Origin: an uncultured bacterium
Lineage (GTDB): Bacteria > Abyssobacteria > SURF-5
Length of the DNA stretch: 57,902 nt
Assembly: GCA_964510165.1 (NCBI GenBank)
Contig: CAZEBC010000002.1
Coordinates: 1-57,902 of the forward strand
Direction: 5' to 3'
In this document: positions 52,901-57,902 of the stretch, one piece after another
Position numbering within the stretch: position 1 is the first letter of the stretch
How the letters are laid out: each line of letters starts with the position of its first letter
Made by a program: the position numbers and the translations under genes
Notes under the pieces: model-generated
Databases searched by the model: none
Seen by the model: only the letters and a program-made list of their open reading frames with translations
Told to the model about the DNA's origin: nothing

Positions 52901-54247
52901 TCATCTGTAGGCAGGGCCGATAACCAGAAAGAACGATACGACATCCAGCGCGAGAAGCACGCTGAACACAAATGCCGCCGTCAGGCCCGGCCGCCTGTCA
53001 AGCCCTTTGACAAATCCCGCCGCGCCGAGCAATCCGATTGCAGCCAATACCACAAACATGTAACGTCCTTGCGCCGACACAAAGGTGAAGTTGTATCTCA
53101 CAATGGACACAAAGAAGAGCGAGACGGCAAGCAGAAGAACGAGCAATAGCCGAGACTGCCCTGGGGTGAGCGTTTGCCGGCGGCGGGTCAGACAACGCAC
53201 AAACCCGAAAACGCTGATTCCAGTGAATAACTCGAGCGCCCAGTATATCGGATACGGCAACGGAATATTCATCGAGCCGAATACTCCCCAGAAGGAGCGG
53301 TGAAGCAGTCTCAGCAGGTTCATGAACTCTATCGTCCCCATCGGCGAATCCCGCAGGAATGCAGCGCCAAACACCTCTCTGTGGATGCGCCATAAGAAGG
53401 GATCATTGTGAAGAACCAGGTTTCTTACGTACCACCATCCGCTTGTCACGAATGCTATTACTAACGCCGACGCGAAATGCTGAAACGCCTTCTTCATTCC
53501 CGCTCCCGACGCCAACAATGCCGCCAGCATAGCGAGAACCAGCAAAACGAATGACGTTGATGTAAGCGCCAGGGCGCCAAGAACTAGCCCGAGATAAAAT
53601 GTCAGGTGTAATCTTGGGCCGTTCTTCATGACCCGCACCATCAGAAACAGTGAAACTGCGCCCAGCGCCGACGAGAGCGCCTGGTCATTGACTGAGGCGC
53701 TTATGAAGATGAACTGAGGGTTGAGCCCCACCAGGGCCGCAGCCGTAAAGGCAACCCAGCGTTCGCTCTCAAAGACCTCTTTGCCGATCAGCCATGCGCA
53801 CACCACGGCCACACCCCCCAGCGCCAGTGACACCAGCCGCATCAGGTGCGCCCTCAACGGCAAGCCGCTGTAAGGAAATCGCGTTCCCTTGACTGAATAA
53901 TCGAATACCCTCTTGCCGCCGTCCTCGGTCCGGCGGATGTCGAGCAGCGGATTTTCCTCTGAATAGCCCGCTGCTAGCGGCGCAACGAGCGCATGGTAGA
54001 GCGGCGGATGAAATGCGAGCGTCACCGGGTTTTCGGATAACTCGTACGAGAGCGGAGGAAGCGATAGATTATCGGCCAGGTACTTTACGTATACGAAGTG
54101 ACGCTCCTCATCCGGCGGCTCCCACAGAGGGACTATCACACTGAACGCCACTCCCTGCGCCAAATAGAGAAACAATAGAAGCGCAAGCCCTCCCTTTCCA
54201 GCGAGCATCGGCCGAATCGCTTCTGGGGTGGACCCGCCGTCGTTCAT
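52901..54247 (-). CDS. GT-C fold membrane glycosyltransferase (family 39/83, ArnT/PMT-like)
   Basis: It has more than 10 TM segments, and the first periplasmic loop reads PLWEPPDEERHFVYVKYL. The start is moved to ATG 54247, which forms an ATGA overlap with the MATE stop. Confidence 0.6.
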   Translation of the reverse strand: MNDGGSTPEAIRPMLAGKGGLALLLFLYLAQGVAFSVIVPLWEPPDEERHFVYVKYLADNLSLPPLSYELSENPVTLAFHPPLYHALVAPLAAGYSEENPLLDIRRTEDGGKRVFDYSVKGTRFPYSGLPLRAHLMRLVSLALGGVAVVCAWLIGKEVFESERWVAFTAAALVGLNPQFIFISASVNDQALSSALGAVSLFLMVRVMKNGPRLHLTFYLGLVLGALALTSTSFVLLVLAMLAALLASGAGMKKAFQHFASALVIAFVTSGWWYVRNLVLHNDPFLWRIHREVFGAAFLRDSPMGTIEFMNLLRLLHRSFWGVFGSMNIPLPYPIYWALELFTGISVFGFVRCLTRRRQTLTPGQSRLLLVLLLAVSLFFVSIVRYNFTFVSAQGRYMFVVLAAIGLLGAAGFVKGLDRRPGLTAAFVFSVLLALDVVSFFLVIGPAYR

Positions 54248-55656
54248 ATCCTCGTCTCGGTCCATTTGCCTCGCCAGTAACGGGTCAGGATCACCGCCAC
54301 GCGCACAACGTAATCTATGAACAGCATGTTCCATGTGGCTATCAGTCCCATCCCGAAGAATCGGGTCAGAAGCCACGTGCCCGGAATCCTGCACGCGTAC
54401 ATGCCGAGCAGCGTGGAATACAGAGGCCAGCGCGTGTCGCCCGCTCCGCGCAAGGCGCCCGCCAGCGTGAAGTGCACCGCCATCCCCGCCTGACAGACGC
54501 CGACGGTGCGAATGAAGATGGCGGCGAGTTCGATCACCTCGGCGTCATCAACAAATACATCGGCGAGCCACCGGGAGAATAAGAGGAATATGAGTCCGAT
54601 CGCGGACATCGAGACGATTGCCCACCCTAGGCAAATCCAGCCCGACTGCTTGGCCTCGCGCTTTCTTTCCGCGCCAAGGTTTTGGCCGATGAGCGCCGAG
54701 GCCGCCGTCGAGAATCCGAAGTTGGGGATGAATGAGAGCGACAGCACGCGCATGCCGACCTGGTAGCCCGACAGGGCGACGGTGCCGAACTCGACGATGA
54801 ATTTGACGTACACCAGCAGTCCGAATTGCACGACGAACTGTTCCGCCGCGGCGGGAAGCCCCAGCCGAATTACCTGTTGTGCGCGCCTGGAGTCCCAGCC
54901 CAGGTCCTTCCATGTGATTCCTATGACGAGCCGGTTCCGAAGGAAGAGCGGAACGTACAGCGCTGCCGCGAGCCCATATGAGGCCGCCGTGCCGATGGCC
55001 GCCCCGCGCGTGCCCATTTCGGGGAATCCCCATTTTCCGAATATCAGCAAATAATTGAGCGCGATGTGGACGACGTTGACGACGAACCCCACGAACATCG
55101 GAGTGCGCGCGTCGCCTGCGCCCCTGAGCGCGCCCGAGGCGACCGACATCACCGCAAAAAACACCATGCCCACCGATATGATGCGCAGGTAATCGACCGA
55201 GAGCGCGCCCACATCGGGCTCCACGCCGAACAGGCTGAAGATCGCGGGCGCAAACACGATCGTGAGCGCCGCCACGATGACCGACACGACGATCCCCAGG
55301 ATGAGCGTCTGGCCGAGCGCCTGGCTAGCTTCGCCCTTTTCGCCGCCGCCGACGTTTCGAGCGACGATGGCGGTGGAGGAGACGCTGAGTCCGATGGCGA
55401 GCGCCGACAGCACCCAGAACACCATGCCGCACGTGCCGACCGCCGCCACCTCTGCGGCGCCCAGCTTGCCGACCATGATGAGATCGACCGTGGTCGAGAT
55501 GTTCTCGAGCAGATTGGCCGCGATGGCCGGCGCAGCGAGCGACATGACGGCGCGTCCGACCGACACTCTGAGCAGTTCGCTCGCGGGAGCTTTCACAAGC
55601 TTGAGTTCAGGCTCGTTGACGATTATGGGTTGTTCCGACACAACTACCTCGAACAC
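54244..55656 (-). CDS. MATE/MOP-superfamily transporter
   Basis: 470 aa with 12 TM segments and a duplicated MatE pattern (IMVGKLGAAEVAAVG...; ...ALIGQNLGA). The start is GTG. Confidence 0.85.
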   Translation of the reverse strand: MFEVVVSEQPIIVNEPELKLVKAPASELLRVSVGRAVMSLAAPAIAANLLENISTTVDLIMVGKLGAAEVAAVGTCGMVFWVLSALAIGLSVSSTAIVARNVGGGEKGEASQALGQTLILGIVVSVIVAALTIVFAPAIFSLFGVEPDVGALSVDYLRIISVGMVFFAVMSVASGALRGAGDARTPMFVGFVVNVVHIALNYLLIFGKWGFPEMGTRGAAIGTAASYGLAAALYVPLFLRNRLVIGITWKDLGWDSRRAQQVIRLGLPAAAEQFVVQFGLLVYVKFIVEFGTVALSGYQVGMRVLSLSFIPNFGFSTAASALIGQNLGAERKREAKQSGWICLGWAIVSMSAIGLIFLLFSRWLADVFVDDAEVIELAAIFIRTVGVCQAGMAVHFTLAGALRGAGDTRWPLYSTLLGMYACRIPGTWLLTRFFGMGLIATWNMLFIDYVVRVAVILTRYWRGKWTETRI

Positions 55657-55798
55657 TCGAACAGGAACGCTCAGGAAAGAGGGTGTTGGCTTGCCCCTCT
55701 TATCTCCTCAACTCTGAAACAGGAGCTCGAAAGGAAACGGTGACGGAGCCATTATTGTAGCACATGGCGGGACCGTTCACAAAGTGGCGGAACAATGG

Positions 55799-56839
55799 TT
55801 AGAGTTGATCGCGATACTTGCGATACAGGCCGCGGAATTGATGATAGGTGAGACCAAGAATCCTGGCTGCTCTGCGCTGGTTGTGTCTCGCTTCTTCAAG
55901 CGCCTTCCGAAGCGAGCTCAACTCGAGCTCGCGCACGGCTTCGGCGAGCGGCTTGCGAGCGTCAACGCTGCCTGTCCCGGTACTTGAACCCGCGCCTGAA
56001 GTCGGTACGGCTTCTGATGCCCGCATTCCGAAAGGATTGCGGAAAGGGTCAAACGCTATCTCGCGGATCAGCCGAGTGTCGGCGCGATACACCGCCCTCT
56101 CAACGACGTTCTTCAACTCGCGCACGTTCCCCGGCCAGGAATACCGCTCCAGAGCCTCGATTGCCTCGTCACTGAATTCAGGAATCTCTTCGCGGCCCAG
56201 CTCATACGCCATCCTCGCGGCAAAGTGCTTGGCCAGAAGCATGATGTCGCCCTTTCGCTCACGCAACGGCGGAAGGAAGAGCACCTCGAAGGACAAGCGA
56301 TCCAGCAAATCGCGTTTGAAACGACCCTCAGACGCAAGCGCAGGCAACTCTGCATTGGTGGCGCCGATAATGCGAACGTTCACCCCGATTGGCTCGGAAC
56401 TGCCCACTTGCTCGAATGTACCGTACTCGACCACACGAAGAATTTTCTCTTGTACTTCGATGGGAATGTTGCCGATTTCATCAAGAAAAAGTGTGCCTCC
56501 GTCCGCCGACTCAAACCTGCCTTTGCGCCGCCTCGTGGCGCCCGTGAACGCGCCCTCCTCGTGTCCGAAAAGCTCTGACTCTATCAATGTGGGCGTCAGC
56601 GCCGCGCAATTGAGCGCTACCAGCGGCCCCTGCCATCGCCGCGACAGATAGTGCAGCTTCGAAACGGCCAGTTCCTTGCCTGTGCCCCGCTCGCCAATCA
56701 GCAAAACAGGCCGATCCACCGCCGCCGCCCGCGACAGCTTTTCCTTGAAGTCGAGGAAAACCTCCGATTCCCCCAAAGATTCGACGGTGGGTATGCACGG
56801 AACGATGCGTTGTTCCGGGGCCTTGGGTCTCCTTTTCAT
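55799..56839 (-). CDS. pspF: sigma54-dependent transcriptional activator without receiver domain (PspF-like)
   Basis: The AAA+ domain shows GERGTGKE and ESELFGHEEGAFTGA, and a C-terminal Fis-type HTH is present. The gene is divergent from pspA. ATG 56839 is preferred because GGAG lies 8 nt upstream. Confidence 0.8.
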   Translation of the reverse strand: MKRRPKAPEQRIVPCIPTVESLGESEVFLDFKEKLSRAAAVDRPVLLIGERGTGKELAVSKLHYLSRRWQGPLVALNCAALTPTLIESELFGHEEGAFTGATRRRKGRFESADGGTLFLDEIGNIPIEVQEKILRVVEYGTFEQVGSSEPIGVNVRIIGATNAELPALASEGRFKRDLLDRLSFEVLFLPPLRERKGDIMLLAKHFAARMAYELGREEIPEFSDEAIEALERYSWPGNVRELKNVVERAVYRADTRLIREIAFDPFRNPFGMRASEAVPTSGAGSSTGTGSVDARKPLAEAVRELELSSLRKALEEARHNQRRAARILGLTYHQFRGLYRKYRDQL

Positions 56840-56961
56840 GGCAATATCTCCCATAATTTCGGTACTAGAGTTAACAGTTAGTAAATTATACCACACAAAT
56901 CGACTTCGGTCAATATGCATAAGCTATTGTGAATACACATGTTAATGGCAAACGTCACGAG

Positions 56962-56977
56962 TGGCATACTTTCTGCT
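56962..56977 (+). promoter_or_regulatory. sigma54 (-24/-12) promoter upstream of pspA
   Basis: TGGCATACTTTCTGCT has correct GG-N10-GC spacing and lies 42 nt upstream of the pspA ATG. Confidence 0.65.
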
Positions 56978-57018
56978 CTGTTTGAAGACAAGCACCCAAG
57001 AAAATGGAGGTATTTACA

Positions 57019-57717
57019 ATGGGAATCTTCACCCGCGTTCGCGACATCATCAACTCAAACATCAATGCTATGCTCGACAAGGCCGAAGACCCCGAAAAAC
57101 TGATCCGGCTCATGATTCAGGAAATGGAGGACACGCTTGTCGAGATCAGGGCCTCCTGTGCGGACGCAATGGCGGCCAAGAAGAAGATTCAGCGCGCACA
57201 GGAAGAAGCGATCAAACGTGCCGAGCAGTGGAACGAACGCGCCAGGCTGGCCGTGGACAAGGGCCGAGAAGACCTCGCGCGCGAAGCGCTGCTGGAAAAG
57301 CGCCGCTTACAGGAGCGCTCAAAGGCGTTCGACCGCGAATTGTCCCAGTGCGACTCTTTGATCGAGCAATATCAGGCGGACATAGTTCAGATCGAGGAAA
57401 AACTGGGCTCCGCCCGTGATAAACAACGTATCCTCATCCAGCGCCACACTCACGCGCGGAACAAAAAGCGCGCGCAGATGGACATACGCCGGATGGAGAC
57501 CACCGACGCGTTCCTCCGATTTGAGCAGTTCGAAAACCGTATCGAACGGATGGAAGCCGAGGCCGACCTCGTGAATCTCGGGCGGCGGCCCTCTCTCGAG
57601 GACGAATTCGCCGACCTTGAGGGCGATGATGATATCGAACGCGAGTTGCAGAGTTTGAAGGAATCATCTAGGAAGACCGATGCGAAGGCTGATGAAGACA
57701 AGACTGCGCAATCCTGA
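57019..57717 (+). CDS. pspA: phage shock protein A (PspA/IM30 family)
   Basis: The matching segment is MGIFTRVRDIINSNINAMLDKAEDPEKLIRLMIQEMEDTL, followed by a long coiled coil. GGAGG lies 8 nt upstream of ATG 57019. Confidence 0.92.
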   Translation: MGIFTRVRDIINSNINAMLDKAEDPEKLIRLMIQEMEDTLVEIRASCADAMAAKKKIQRAQEEAIKRAEQWNERARLAVDKGREDLAREALLEKRRLQERSKAFDRELSQCDSLIEQYQADIVQIEEKLGSARDKQRILIQRHTHARNKKRAQMDIRRMETTDAFLRFEQFENRIERMEAEADLVNLGRRPSLEDEFADLEGDDDIERELQSLKESSRKTDAKADEDKTAQS

Positions 57718-57745
57718 CCTCAATGTGTTCACCGGAAGCATTGCG

Positions 57746-57902
57746 ATGCCCATGAACGCCAACAAAGATAATCCGCTGAATCTCGAGCCGTCTCAAATAA
57801 AGGAGCTCGAGGATTTGATCGCGAGTCTGAAAAGGGATATGATAGGCTCAGCGGCAAGCCCAACAATGAGGAGCAACGGAAAATCGCCGACAGAGTCGCC
57901 GG
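57746..57902 (+). CDS. partial ORF downstream of pspA, unknown function (runs off the window end)
   Basis: The reading frame stays open from ATG 57746 (or GTG 57725) to the window edge. The product is hydrophilic and not PspB/PspC-like. Confidence 0.25.
   Translation, partial: MPMNANKDNPLNLEPSQIKELEDLIASLKRDMIGSAASPTMRSNGKSPTESP

Noticed and set aside
53085-53303. 72-aa plus-strand ORF just downstream of fliP, examined as a possible fliQ.
   Set aside because: Its product is hydrophilic and basic (MKLYLTMDTKKSETASRRTSNSRD...), unlike the two-TM hydrophobic FliQ. It also lies antisense to a well-supported membrane glycosyltransferase CDS.
56928-56939. TGTGAATACACA quasi-palindrome in the pspF-pspA intergenic region, considered as a possible PspF upstream activating site or IHF site.
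   Set aside because: Only 4-bp arms are truly complementary (TGTG/CACA), which is too little information to call a binding site without comparative data.
1-57902. Search for mobile elements, integrases, toxin-antitoxin pairs, restriction-modification genes or other defence genes, and for atypical-composition islands.
   Set aside because: I recognised none. All large ORFs have housekeeping, secretion, motility or envelope-stress assignments. The only compositionally distinct stretches are short AT-rich promoter regions (31733-32041 and 37500-37660).

Overview
This is a 57.9-kb, moderately GC-rich chromosomal segment from an unidentified diderm bacterium. It is densely coded, with about 57 protein genes. 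I found no rRNA, tRNA, CRISPR array, transposase or integrase.

Gene content from left to right:
- CMD-family gene.
- MoxR ATPase / DUF58 / transglutaminase triad, followed by alr and mdh (all on the minus strand).
- LarA-family nickel racemase homolog, divergent from mdh.
- A complete type II secretion cluster, gspC-D-E-F-G-H-I-J-K-L-M.
- pepA, gatB, rsfS, an AP-endonuclease-2/xylose-isomerase-fold TIM-barrel protein, a family-4 uracil-DNA glycosylase, and a small membrane protein.
- Two tandem MFS paralogs.
- A Ser/Thr kinase fused to an FGE-like domain, a TPR protein, and a FlgN-like protein.
- A PAS histidine kinase plus a sigma54 response regulator.
- A Bacillus/spirochaete-style flagellar operon: flgB-flgC-fliE-fliF-fliG-fliH-fliI-fliJ-ylxF/motE-like-fliK-flgD-(flagellar operon protein)-flgE-flbD-motA-motB-fliL-fliN-fliO-fliP.
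- A convergent MATE/GT-C pair, then a divergent pspF-pspA pair.

Signals the ordinary annotation does not explain:
1. A dispersed 7-nt tandem-repeat element, GTC+(YNGNGTT)n, occurs in three intergenic sites.
2. A consensus-like promoter followed by a canonical intrinsic terminator lies in the leader of the LarA homolog. This is a candidate riboswitch, attenuator or sRNA.
3. rsfS has no canonical start codon but has an ideally spaced GGAGG-ATT.
4. The flagellar operon lacks fliM between fliL and fliN and stops after fliP.

I see no convincing evidence for a novel multi-gene system such as a defence island. All functional calls rest on motifs read by eye, not on database searches.
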